From Candidatus Saccharimonadia bacterium (GTDB lineage Bacteria > Patescibacteriota > Saccharimonadia > UBA4664 > JBBRNT01): 64,000 nucleotides of DNA. Made by a program: the position numbers and the translations under genes. Positions 35,571 to 44,131 of this stretch are shown one piece after another (positions within the stretch are counted from its first letter, which is position 1; the number at the start of each line of letters is the position of its first letter). Location of the stretch: assembly GCA_038230095.1 (NCBI GenBank), contig JBBRNT010000001.1, positions 112,848 through 176,847 on the forward strand. The letters are read 5' to 3'. The notes beneath the pieces were generated by a model that was given only the letters and a program-made list of their open reading frames with translations, did no database searches and was not told the DNA's origin.

Positions 35571-36200
35571 ATGCGTATAACCGACATTAAGCGCCAGAAC
35601 CGTGATGGCTACTACTCAGTCTTTTTGGACGATGAGTTTAGATTCTCCCTCACGGATCTGGCGCTGTCGAGTGGAGGCTTGCGAGTAGGGCGAGAGCTAA
35701 CCGAAGCGGACGTAGAAGCATGGCGCAAACAGTCTGGCGAGAGCAAGGCGCTCGGTTATGGCTACCGCTATCTGGCAAGCCGAGCTCGATCGGCGAGTGA
35801 GCTTGGGAGCTACCTCCGACGCAAGGGGTTTGAGCCGACGGAGATTGAGTACGTGACCAAACGGCTTATGGAGGAACGCTTAATCAGTGATGAGCAGTTC
35901 GCTAAGGACTGGGTAGATATGCGCCAACGCACGAGTCCACGTAGTAAGCAGCGGCTGACTGCTGAGCTACGAAAGAAGGGCTTATCGACAGAGAACATTG
36001 ACGAAGCCTTGGTCGTGGTAGCCGGCGACCAGATTATAACCATCGCCCGGATAGTTGAGAACAAGCGGCTGCGTGATAAATACAAAAACGAGCCATCTAA
36101 GCTGGTGGCTTATCTGGCCCGTCAAGGGTTTGGCTATAGCGATATTACAAATGCGATCAATTTACTAAATATTGGCGACCCGGACGAGATGGAACAGTAG
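35571..36200 (+). CDS. recX: recombination regulator RecX
   Basis: Three-helix repeats (YLASRARSASELGSYLRRKGFEPTEIEYV...) and the position immediately after recA. Confidence 0.85.
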   Translation: MRITDIKRQNRDGYYSVFLDDEFRFSLTDLALSSGGLRVGRELTEADVEAWRKQSGESKALGYGYRYLASRARSASELGSYLRRKGFEPTEIEYVTKRLMEERLISDEQFAKDWVDMRQRTSPRSKQRLTAELRKKGLSTENIDEALVVVAGDQIITIARIVENKRLRDKYKNEPSKLVAYLARQGFGYSDITNAINLLNIGDPDEMEQ

Positions 36201-36285
36201 ACCCGCAGCCGCAACCCACAAAATTACAATTATCAACGCACCCTCCATTTCATCTATCTTACAGCCGTTACCTGGTAAGAACAAG

Positions 36286-36840
36286 CTATTCTATGGGCAT
36301 GGTTGCACCAACACCGGCCCGCTTTGACTCTCTGATTGTGGCCTCGCGAACGGTGATTCGGTCGTTGGTAACATCCACAATTTGCTCGCGGTCTATCAGC
36401 AGGGTGTCCGACATGAGCCGTCGCAAGAGCTGCGGCTGGATAGTAAGCCTCTGTACCCGGCTGGTCTCGAAATTGATCGTAAAGTCTTCAACCTTGCCCA
36501 AGTAGCTCCCCCCTTCAGTGAACACCTTTGTGTCTACTAGTCGAAAGCCACTTGCTACAATCTGTTTGATACGCACAATATCCTCTAGACTGGCCAGCGC
36601 ATCCGCGCTGTCTACCAAAATGCAATCATTTCCTATCTCTCTAGCATCGCGAAGAAAGAGAATGGGGTCTACTAGGTCCAGGTCGGGGGCAAAACACCGA
36701 AAAGCTACTAGCTCTAGCTTATCGGCAGTAACCACAAAGTCGCCAACGATGGCTACGAGGCCGCCGACTTGGAGGCTTATCACCGCTTTACTCACTAGCT
36801 GGCTCGCAAATACATACATAATGGTATTGTACGTGCCCAT
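36286..36840 (-). CDS. PRC-barrel-like domain protein (two tandem beta-barrel-like modules)
   Basis: Two segments resembling PRC barrels: GGLVAIVGDFVVTADKLELVAF and SYLGKVEDFTINFETSRVQRLTI. The start is ambiguous. The ORF is open up to 37131, but an ATG at 36990 would overlap the rpsF start. Confidence 0.5.
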   Translation of the reverse strand: MGTYNTIMYVFASQLVSKAVISLQVGGLVAIVGDFVVTADKLELVAFRCFAPDLDLVDPILFLRDAREIGNDCILVDSADALASLEDIVRIKQIVASGFRLVDTKVFTEGGSYLGKVEDFTINFETSRVQRLTIQPQLLRRLMSDTLLIDREQIVDVTNDRITVREATIRESKRAGVGATMPIE

Positions 36841-36980
36841 CTGGAAACAAGCAATTTTGGGCTTGCCAGAGCGGTAAATAACTCGTATAATGCGTCCATT
36901 AACAACTAACCTTTTTCCTCCTCCACGAAATGGGGCAGGATACCCAGCTACAAGCTGGGATGCCAAAGAAAGGCTTATAT

Positions 36981-37343
36981 ATGCGTTCATACGAACTCGT
37001 GGTGCTTTTGCACCCCGATCTAGAGATCGATGTAGATGCACCGATTGGAAAGATTGAAAAGCTGGTTTCTGCCAATGGTGGCAAGCTAACCATGCGCGAT
37101 AATTGGGGTAAGAAGCGCCTAGCGTACCCAATTAAAAAGCAAGACTTTGCAGTCTACGTCTATTTTGAACTAGACCTACCGACCGAGAAAGTCCGCGACA
37201 TTGAAGCAAGCCTGCTTATTACCGAGGAAGTCCTACGACACCTGCTGGTAAGCGCAGTAGCACCTGAAGTAAAAGCCGCCAAGCCTGCCAAGGCTAAAGC
37301 CGCTGATGCAGCAACAACGAAAGAAAAGGGTGAGGATAAATAA
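36981..37343 (+). CDS. rpsF: 30S ribosomal protein S6
   Basis: MRSYELVVLLHPD...DNWGKKRLAYPIKKQDFAVYVYFEL S6 core. Confidence 0.9.
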   Translation: MRSYELVVLLHPDLEIDVDAPIGKIEKLVSANGGKLTMRDNWGKKRLAYPIKKQDFAVYVYFELDLPTEKVRDIEASLLITEEVLRHLLVSAVAPEVKAAKPAKAKAADAATTKEKGEDK

Positions 37344-37804
37344 TGGCAAAGAGCTTTAATCAAGCGATCGTGATGGGTAACCTAACGCGCGATCCTGAAT
37401 TGCGCTCTACGCCAGGTGGACAGCAGGTAGCTAGCTTCGCAGTAGCTACGAACCGCACTTGGGTGGATGGAAGCGGCGAGAAAAAAGAAGCGGTGGAGTA
37501 CCACGAAATTGTGGCCTGGGGTAAGCTCGGCGAACTAGCCGGCCAGTACCTAGCCAAAGGTCGTAAAGTCATGGTAGTCGGTCGTTTACAGACCCAGTCC
37601 TGGGAAAAAGATGGCGTTAAGCGCTCTCGTACCGAGATTGTGGCTGCGGACATTAACTTCCTGGACCGACCCGGCGAGGCGCCAGCTATGTCCGAATCCG
37701 CTCCTAGTGCCTCTGCCCCGAAGAAGGCTACCAAGTCTGACGATGTCGTTATTGAAGACCTAGATTCGGAAGCGCCGGTTAATCTCGATGACATCCCTTT
37801 CTAG
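37343..37804 (+). CDS. ssb: single-stranded DNA-binding protein
   Basis: OB-fold N-terminus NQAIVMGNLTRDPELR, disordered linker, and C-terminal acidic tip DDIPF. Confidence 0.92.
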   Translation: MAKSFNQAIVMGNLTRDPELRSTPGGQQVASFAVATNRTWVDGSGEKKEAVEYHEIVAWGKLGELAGQYLAKGRKVMVVGRLQTQSWEKDGVKRSRTEIVAADINFLDRPGEAPAMSESAPSASAPKKATKSDDVVIEDLDSEAPVNLDDIPF

Positions 37805-37974
37805 CCGCCTGTTCCTTGAGCGCTTCGCGTCGGTATCACTTGTGATTCGCGCTCACCATATTGCTCCATATGCCTCGCTTGCGATTCTCGGTGCTGCCTA
37901 GCGTAGCATCTCAATCAACAGCCCGCATTCCTGGGCTTTGTTAACAAGAAACCTAATAGGATAATTTAAATATA

Positions 37975-38193
37975 ATGGCAAATTTTTACAGTAAGAAAGT
38001 CTGTCGGTTCTGCGCTGAGCACACCGACTACGTCGACTACAAGGACGTAAAGCTCCTGCAGCGTTACCTGAACAGCTATGGCAAGATTGAGTCACGCAAG
38101 CGTAGTGGCACCTGCCTACGTCACCAGCGTCTAGTTGCTCAGGCCTTGAAGCGGTCTAGGCACATTGCGCTCCTGCCCTTCATGGTCCGCTAA
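37975..38193 (+). CDS. rpsR: 30S ribosomal protein S18
   Basis: CRFC...DYKDVKLLQRYLNSYGKI...TCLRHQR S18 signature. rpsF-ssb-rpsR order. Confidence 0.9.
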   Translation: MANFYSKKVCRFCAEHTDYVDYKDVKLLQRYLNSYGKIESRKRSGTCLRHQRLVAQALKRSRHIALLPFMVR

Positions 38194-38344
38194 TTACTCG
38201 ACTAGCTCCGGTGGGACATTTCGGCGTCATGGCTTGCGGTGCGCGCTTAACGTATTAGCATATACGTCTCGCTTCCGCTCCTCGCCACCCCTAGAACTGC
38301 CCTCACCAGAACTAGTCTCGTGTTAATAGAGAAAAGGAAATATT

Positions 38345-38905
38345 ATGTACGGACATACCGATCTCAAAAAAGGCGTATTGGTTGAGCTCGACGGGGCGCC
38401 GCAGCTGGTACTAGAGTCTTCCCACGTGGCTACGGGCCGTGGGAGTGGGGTGATGCGGGTAAAGTTCCGCAACCTATTCACCAACTCCGTGACCGAGAAG
38501 TCCTTCCGTGCGTCGGACAAGCTCCCGCCGGCGGAAGTTGAGCGACTAAACATGCAGTACCTGTACCAGAGTGGCGACGATTTTGCGTTTATGAACGACG
38601 CTACCTACGACCAGGAAACGTTGTCGGCCGAGACAGTGGGGGATGCTGTCAAGTTCCTGACAGAGGGTAGCATTGTCCAGCTCATGCGCTACAATGGCCG
38701 GATCATTAGTCTGGAAATGCCAAACTCGGTGTTCCTCAAGATTACTGAAACTGGCGATGGCGCGAAAGGCGACACGGCAAATGCAGCGTTGAAGCCAGCG
38801 GTATTAGAAACAGGCACGGAGGTAATGGTGCCCATGTTTGTAAAGCAAGGCGACGTCATAAAAGTAGATACCCGGACCGGTGCCTACCTGGAACGGCAGA
38901 AGTAA
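38345..38905 (+). CDS. efp: elongation factor P
   Basis: KKGVLVELDGAPQLVLESSHVATGRGSGVMRVKFRNL contains the EF-P KOW-like N-terminus and OB domains. Confidence 0.92.
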   Translation: MYGHTDLKKGVLVELDGAPQLVLESSHVATGRGSGVMRVKFRNLFTNSVTEKSFRASDKLPPAEVERLNMQYLYQSGDDFAFMNDATYDQETLSAETVGDAVKFLTEGSIVQLMRYNGRIISLEMPNSVFLKITETGDGAKGDTANAALKPAVLETGTEVMVPMFVKQGDVIKVDTRTGAYLERQK

Positions 38906-38907
38906 CC

Positions 38908-38931
38908 AAAGGCGGCTAAGGCCGCTTTTTT
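38908..38931 (+). terminator. Rho-independent terminator after efp
   Basis: GCGGC-TAAG-GCCGC then T6. Confidence 0.8.
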
Positions 38932-38943
38932 GGTAGGAATTAT

Positions 38944-39669
38944 ATGAAGCAAAGACTAGATCTAGTACTGGTAGAGCGCAGTTTGGCGCCAAGTCGCACA
39001 ATTGCTGCCGCCATGATTATGGCGCGCCAAGTGAAGACAGGCGAGCGTATTCTCGATAAGCCCGGGCTCAACATTGATACAGAGCTGGAGCTGACCGTGA
39101 CCGGGCTACCGCGCTACGCGTCGCGAGGCGGTGACAAGCTGGCCTCGGTGGCAGGGGAGCTAGGCTTAGACCCAGCTGGACGGGTAGTGCTAGATGTAGG
39201 CTCATCGACCGGAGGCTTTACCGACTATTGCCTACAGCATGGAGCCACTAAGATCTACTGTGTGGACGCTGGCAGTAACCAACTAGCCTATAAGCTGCGC
39301 GGTGATGAGCGGGTAGTAGTGATGGAACGGACAGACATTCGCGAAGTCGGTGAGCTACCAGAAAAGCCGGATCTAGCTGTCATAGATGTGTCCTTCATCG
39401 CACTGTCTCGGGTGCTGGCTGCGACTGCACAATTAATTAGTTCAGATGCTATCATTTATGCTTTAATGAAGCCACAATTCCAAGCTGGAAAAGACATTGC
39501 CGATAGGTTCAAAGGTATTATTTCGGACGAGAACGTCCGCCAAAACATTATTGCCGACTTTGAGACGCTAGCAGCCGACGACTTTGAGATACTTGGTGCA
39601 GCGGATTCGGCAGTGCACGGAGCCGAAGGGAATAGAGAACGGTTCTACGCGCTGCGCTCGAAGCACTAG
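38944..39669 (+). CDS. tlyA: TlyA-family rRNA 2'-O-methyltransferase (S4 domain plus FtsJ-like MTase)
   Basis: S4 RNA-binding N-terminus (RLDLVLVERSLAPSRTIAAAMIMARQV) and the SAM motif DVGSSTGGFTDYCLQHGA. Confidence 0.85.
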   Translation: MKQRLDLVLVERSLAPSRTIAAAMIMARQVKTGERILDKPGLNIDTELELTVTGLPRYASRGGDKLASVAGELGLDPAGRVVLDVGSSTGGFTDYCLQHGATKIYCVDAGSNQLAYKLRGDERVVVMERTDIREVGELPEKPDLAVIDVSFIALSRVLAATAQLISSDAIIYALMKPQFQAGKDIADRFKGIISDENVRQNIIADFETLAADDFEILGAADSAVHGAEGNRERFYALRSKH

Positions 39670-40034
39670 ACCTGGTTCTTACCAATCTTACCCAGGTGGG
39701 TGTCCTGGAAGCCTGTGTCGAACTTTAGCCCGTACCCGAGGGCTCGGTCCATAGCTATGTGAGCGGCCCAAATGATAGAAAAGGGGATGAGGCTCGTAAC
39801 CCCGAGCAGAGCGACCAATAGGAGCGCGACGGGAGCGCTATAGTTGTGGCCTAGATTGTATACTACTGCGCCGACTCGAGGGTTTACCAAGTAGCCCAGC
39901 ATAGATACGTCTACCGTGAACAGTAATAGCACGAATACCAGCCAGCTGTAGTGAGCCAGGCCGAATAGCCAGAGAAGGGCGATGAAAATGGCAGTGGACT
40001 CAACGCGCTCAAATAGGGTGGGAAGGTGTTTCAT
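39666..40034 (-). CDS. small integral membrane protein (3-4 TM; DUF4260-like)
   Basis: Hydrophobic helices plus HIAMDRALGYGLKF. ATGA overlap with the upstream gene. Confidence 0.55.
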   Translation of the reverse strand: MKHLPTLFERVESTAIFIALLWLFGLAHYSWLVFVLLLFTVDVSMLGYLVNPRVGAVVYNLGHNYSAPVALLLVALLGVTSLIPFSIIWAAHIAMDRALGYGLKFDTGFQDTHLGKIGKNQV

Positions 40035-40774
40035 GTGGTTAGCTCAAGAATTGCAGATAACAGCGGGTGGTCGGAAGCACTGCTTTGCTCATGCTGTATG
40101 TCTGTGGCTTGGTAGTGCCCGCTGACGTACATGGCGTCTATAGATACATCTGGCGCGAGGCGCGGGAAAGTAATACCCTTGTAATTCGGCTGCGGGAACT
40201 GAGGGCGGTCGACTTGGTGTATTTCGTGCAGTCCGGCTGCACTTAGGCGCTTACGGGCGGCCATCCAGGGTAGGGAATTGAGATCGCCAAGCACAATAGA
40301 TGGGCCCCTGTCTGCCAGGTGGTCTAGTACATGCTCGGTGGCGCGGTTGCGAGCTAGGGTATCTAGCAGGGGGCGCCAGGGGTAGTGTGCGCCGACTATA
40401 GTGTGCGGGCCCAGCTGGAGTGAGAGCACGCCGAACTTATTGGCTTGGTGACTGAAGGGAACGAAGCTGGCTTTGGCGTGTGGCAGTAGCTCTGGGCTAA
40501 CGGCAAACATCATCCAGTCACCGTCGGTGTAGGGTGATGGTGTGCCGACTACAGAGAGACCACAGGCCTGGGCAAGCCGGAGTAAGTGCTCCACCCGTGT
40601 ACCTTCGCAGACATAGAGGACCACCGGCGTGGCAGCTAGCAGGGCAGCGTTTACGTGGTCAATATGGGCGCTGAGACGGTCGGCTTGGGGCGCGTGCTTT
40701 GGCACCGCGTAGTTGTTCAGCAGGTTCCAAGACAGTAGCTGGAACCGAGTGGTGGGGTTTGGCTTGCTAGACAT
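40031..40774 (-). CDS. endonuclease/exonuclease/phosphatase (EEP) family protein
   Basis: GDLNS and SDHPLL catalytic motifs. ATG at 40774; an alternative TTG lies at 40789. Confidence 0.75.
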   Translation of the reverse strand: MSSKPNPTTRFQLLSWNLLNNYAVPKHAPQADRLSAHIDHVNAALLAATPVVLYVCEGTRVEHLLRLAQACGLSVVGTPSPYTDGDWMMFAVSPELLPHAKASFVPFSHQANKFGVLSLQLGPHTIVGAHYPWRPLLDTLARNRATEHVLDHLADRGPSIVLGDLNSLPWMAARKRLSAAGLHEIHQVDRPQFPQPNYKGITFPRLAPDVSIDAMYVSGHYQATDIQHEQSSASDHPLLSAILELTT

Positions 40775-41846
40775 TGAAGCGGAACTCAACTACATCGCCG
40801 TCACGCATGACGTAGTCTTTGCCCTCAAGACGCATCTTACCAGCTGCCTTTGCTGCTGCTTCTGAGCCGGCAGCCATAAGATCCCCGTAATTAACGATTT
40901 GGGCCTTGATAAAGCCTTTTTCGAAGTCTGTATGGATAACGCCGGCAGCCTGGGGAGCAGTGTCACCCTGGTGGATAGTCCAGGCGCGCACCTCATCTGG
41001 TCCGGCGGTGAGGTAGGTCTGCAAGCCGAGCGTCTTAAACCCAAGGGTAACCAGCTGCTCTAGACCTGAGGCGTTCTGACCTAGGTCCTGGAGCAGCTCG
41101 GCAGCGTCGGCTGCTTCCAGTTCTGAGAGCTCGGCCTCTATCTTGGCGCAGAGGAAGACAGTGGGGGCTGGCGATACAAGCGCAGAGAGCTCTGCCTGCT
41201 TCGCTGAATCGGACAGATCACCTTCGTCCATGTTGAAGACAATGATAAATGGCTTGGCGGTGAGTAGCTGCAGATCCTGTAGCTCGAGGAGCTGCTCCGG
41301 CTTCAGGAACGCCCCAGCCAGCTGGCCGCTATCCAGCGCAGATACCAGCGCTTGAAGCAGATCGCGGTAGGGGACGGCCTTGGGATTGCTCTTGGCTTCC
41401 CCCTGAGCTTTGGCTAGGCGATTCTGCGTAGTAGCTAGGTCGGCCAGGATTAGCTCGGTGTTGATTGTCTGGATGTCCGACAGGGGATCTAGCTTGTCGT
41501 CTACGTGAATAACATTTTTATCCGAAAAGACCCGTACAACCTGACAGATGGCATCGGTTTCTCGGATATGAGACAGAAACTTGTTACCAAGACCCTGGCC
41601 TTCTGAGGCGCCACGGACCAGCCCGGCAATGTCGACAAAGGTGACAATAGCGGGGGTGATCTTCTTGGGATCATACAGCTCAGCTAGCTTAGCGAGGCGG
41701 GTGTCGGGCACCGGAACAATACCCACATTGGGGTCAATGGTGGCAAAAGGGTAGTTGGCTGCAAGGACATTATTACCCGAGAGAGCGTTGAAGAGAGTGG
41801 ACTTACCAACGTTTGGTAGGCCAACGATGCCAATAGATAAACTCAT
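40767..41846 (-). CDS. ychF: ribosome-binding ATPase YchF (Obg-like GTPase family)
   Basis: G1 GIVGLPNVGKSTLFNAL, YchF-type coiled insert, and C-terminal TGS domain. ATG at 41846; the upstream ORF extension lacks an SD. Confidence 0.9.
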   Translation of the reverse strand: MSLSIGIVGLPNVGKSTLFNALSGNNVLAANYPFATIDPNVGIVPVPDTRLAKLAELYDPKKITPAIVTFVDIAGLVRGASEGQGLGNKFLSHIRETDAICQVVRVFSDKNVIHVDDKLDPLSDIQTINTELILADLATTQNRLAKAQGEAKSNPKAVPYRDLLQALVSALDSGQLAGAFLKPEQLLELQDLQLLTAKPFIIVFNMDEGDLSDSAKQAELSALVSPAPTVFLCAKIEAELSELEAADAAELLQDLGQNASGLEQLVTLGFKTLGLQTYLTAGPDEVRAWTIHQGDTAPQAAGVIHTDFEKGFIKAQIVNYGDLMAAGSEAAAKAAGKMRLEGKDYVMRDGDVVEFRFNV

Positions 41847-41995
41847 ATGCCTATTATACCAGTAAACACTCGTTTTCGAAGGACGGAAGCACAAGCAAAT
41901 GTCTGCCATTTTAACCTTGTTATGGTTGTAATAATGGCAAAACGGCTGTATAGTCGCCTCAACACCCACCCCCTCGACTCTGGAAAGGAGTCATC

Positions 41996-44107
41996 ATGGA
42001 TGTGCAATTTGAAAATACCAAGTCCTACTCAGCACGGCGAGCACTGATGCTCCTCGTGCCTTTCTTGTTCTCTATCATTGCGATAGGTACGCCGCAAGCG
42101 GCCCACGCGGATGCTGCGCCGACCTCTCGCTATGTGCCGCTGACACCAGCGCGTATCTTGGATACGCGGGATGGTACAGGTACTGGCACGGTTGCGCCGG
42201 TACGGACAGACTCAGCTATAAGCCTGCAAGTGACGGGCCGTGGCGGCGTTCCAGCCAATGCCTCGGCGGTGGTCATGAATGTGACAATCGCCAATCCGAT
42301 TGGCTCTGGTTATGTCACAGTCTGGCCACATGGCGTGTCGCGCCCGGTAGTTTCGAGTGTCAACTATTCGGGCCCTCGAGATGTTCAGGGCAACGAAGTT
42401 ACAGTGTTGCTCGGTAACGATGGTCAAGTCGATCTCTACACCTTGGTCCAATCTGACATGGTGGCAGACGTCATGGGCTACTACGAGCCAATCAGCACAC
42501 CGGTGTCCTCTGGCCGTTTCATGCCACTTACCCCTGCTCGTATCTTGGATACGCGTAATGGTAACGGCGCTCCAGTAGCCAAGTTGCCCCAAGGTGGCAT
42601 GATTACCCTGCAAGTAACTGGCCGCGGTGGCGTTCCGGCCAGTGGTGTTTCGGCGGTGACCTTGAATATAACCGCAACCAATGCTGCCGAAGGCTACGTT
42701 ACGGTTTGGCCGGCAGGTCAGCCAATGCCTACAGCCTCTGTTCTAAACCCAACCGCTCAGCGCACGACGGTCCCTAATAAGGTGACGGTGCCCGTAAGCG
42801 GGGGCGGGCAGATCAACTTGTATACGCTCAATCCGACTGATTTGATTGCCGACGTGAGTGGCTACTACACGGATAGTAGTGCTAGTCCGTCCATGGATGG
42901 CTTATTCGTTGCGTTGACGCCCGCGCGGGTGCTCGATACCCGCAAAGTCAATCCGTTTCTTGCGCCTGGAGCTCAGGGTACAGCGACGCTGCGATTCGGC
43001 GGACTTGGTGGCGTTCCTACTACCAATGTCGCTGCAGTGTTGTTCAACCTGACGGGGACGCAGAGCCAGAGTGCTGGCTTCGTTACCGTCTATCCGGCTG
43101 GCCAGGCTCGGCCCGAAGCCTCGAACTTGAACCTGATAGGGCCTGGGGATACCAAGGCCAACGCGGTAATCGCGCCGGTGAGCTCCGAAAACGCCGGCGT
43201 CACAATGTTTACCATGCCCAATGTGGATCTGGTGGGGGATGTGAGCGGCTACTTCACCGGCAGCGCCACCGCGGTCGGCCCGCCACCAACAGGCTGCGGC
43301 TATACTGCTACCGTTGACAACGGTGGCCAAGGAAGCCAAGCCGAACTGGTATTGCACAACACTACGACCCAGATAGACGCGGTTTTGGTCACTGGCGTGA
43401 CTGCGTACGACTCGCAGCCATGGATTACTTATGACTGCCAGTACATGTGGTATACGACTTTCCCAAATGGGCTGAATACCGAGCCGCTCGAGAAGCTACG
43501 GTTCATTGCTACCGGCCAAGAAGTGGCGCCGCGCGCAGGCCCGGGCTACTCCTACGACTTTGTGGCTCGGGATAACAGCGAGGCCATGTTCTATATAGAG
43601 GGTAATGGTCTGGAGTGGCGGATTACTGAGTCTGCAATTCACTCGAACCCACTGGGCCGTACCATTACCCAAACTGCAAACGGCTTCAACCTGTACGATC
43701 TGACTGTGGGCCGGTATTCGAATGATGTTTGCTATTCGATTACCAAAGGGACGCCGCAAAAGCAATTGGAGTGTCGGGACATTACAACAAGCGTAGTAAC
43801 AACCCAGCTGGCGAGCTCCTCCAGCGACTATCAGGGGGCGCTTAGCCCCGATGGTCGGTATCTGGCATTCCTGCGCAGCAGCAACTCTGGTTCACGAGTA
43901 ATGTTGCTGGATCGCTCTACCAATACCATTTCTGACCCCTTTGGATCAACTTCACAGCACCCCACTTGGGATGCGGCAAGCCGGCTGGTGGCCAGTGTGT
44001 TTGTGAACGGTCAGCTGGACCTGTTTGCGAGAGATATTGCCACGGGCGCGGTGACTCAATTGACGAATACGCCAGCCCTCAACGAGTACCAAACGGTCAT
44101 GCCCTGA
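41996..44107 (+). CDS. secreted protein with three tandem about 115-aa repeats (LTPARILDTR...VTGRGGVP...DVSGYY) and C-terminal TolB/PD40-like beta-propeller repeats
   Basis: N-terminal signal peptide (LMLLVPFLFSIIAIGTPQAAHA). Three clearly alignable repeats. The C-terminus has SPDGRYLAF and similar PD40 motifs. AAAGGAG lies before the ATG. Confidence 0.6.
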   Translation: MDVQFENTKSYSARRALMLLVPFLFSIIAIGTPQAAHADAAPTSRYVPLTPARILDTRDGTGTGTVAPVRTDSAISLQVTGRGGVPANASAVVMNVTIANPIGSGYVTVWPHGVSRPVVSSVNYSGPRDVQGNEVTVLLGNDGQVDLYTLVQSDMVADVMGYYEPISTPVSSGRFMPLTPARILDTRNGNGAPVAKLPQGGMITLQVTGRGGVPASGVSAVTLNITATNAAEGYVTVWPAGQPMPTASVLNPTAQRTTVPNKVTVPVSGGGQINLYTLNPTDLIADVSGYYTDSSASPSMDGLFVALTPARVLDTRKVNPFLAPGAQGTATLRFGGLGGVPTTNVAAVLFNLTGTQSQSAGFVTVYPAGQARPEASNLNLIGPGDTKANAVIAPVSSENAGVTMFTMPNVDLVGDVSGYFTGSATAVGPPPTGCGYTATVDNGGQGSQAELVLHNTTTQIDAVLVTGVTAYDSQPWITYDCQYMWYTTFPNGLNTEPLEKLRFIATGQEVAPRAGPGYSYDFVARDNSEAMFYIEGNGLEWRITESAIHSNPLGRTITQTANGFNLYDLTVGRYSNDVCYSITKGTPQKQLECRDITTSVVTTQLASSSSDYQGALSPDGRYLAFLRSSNSGSRVMLLDRSTNTISDPFGSTSQHPTWDAASRLVASVFVNGQLDLFARDIATGAVTQLTNTPALNEYQTVMP

Positions 44108-44131
44108 CCAACTTTCGACCGTCCCCGGCAG

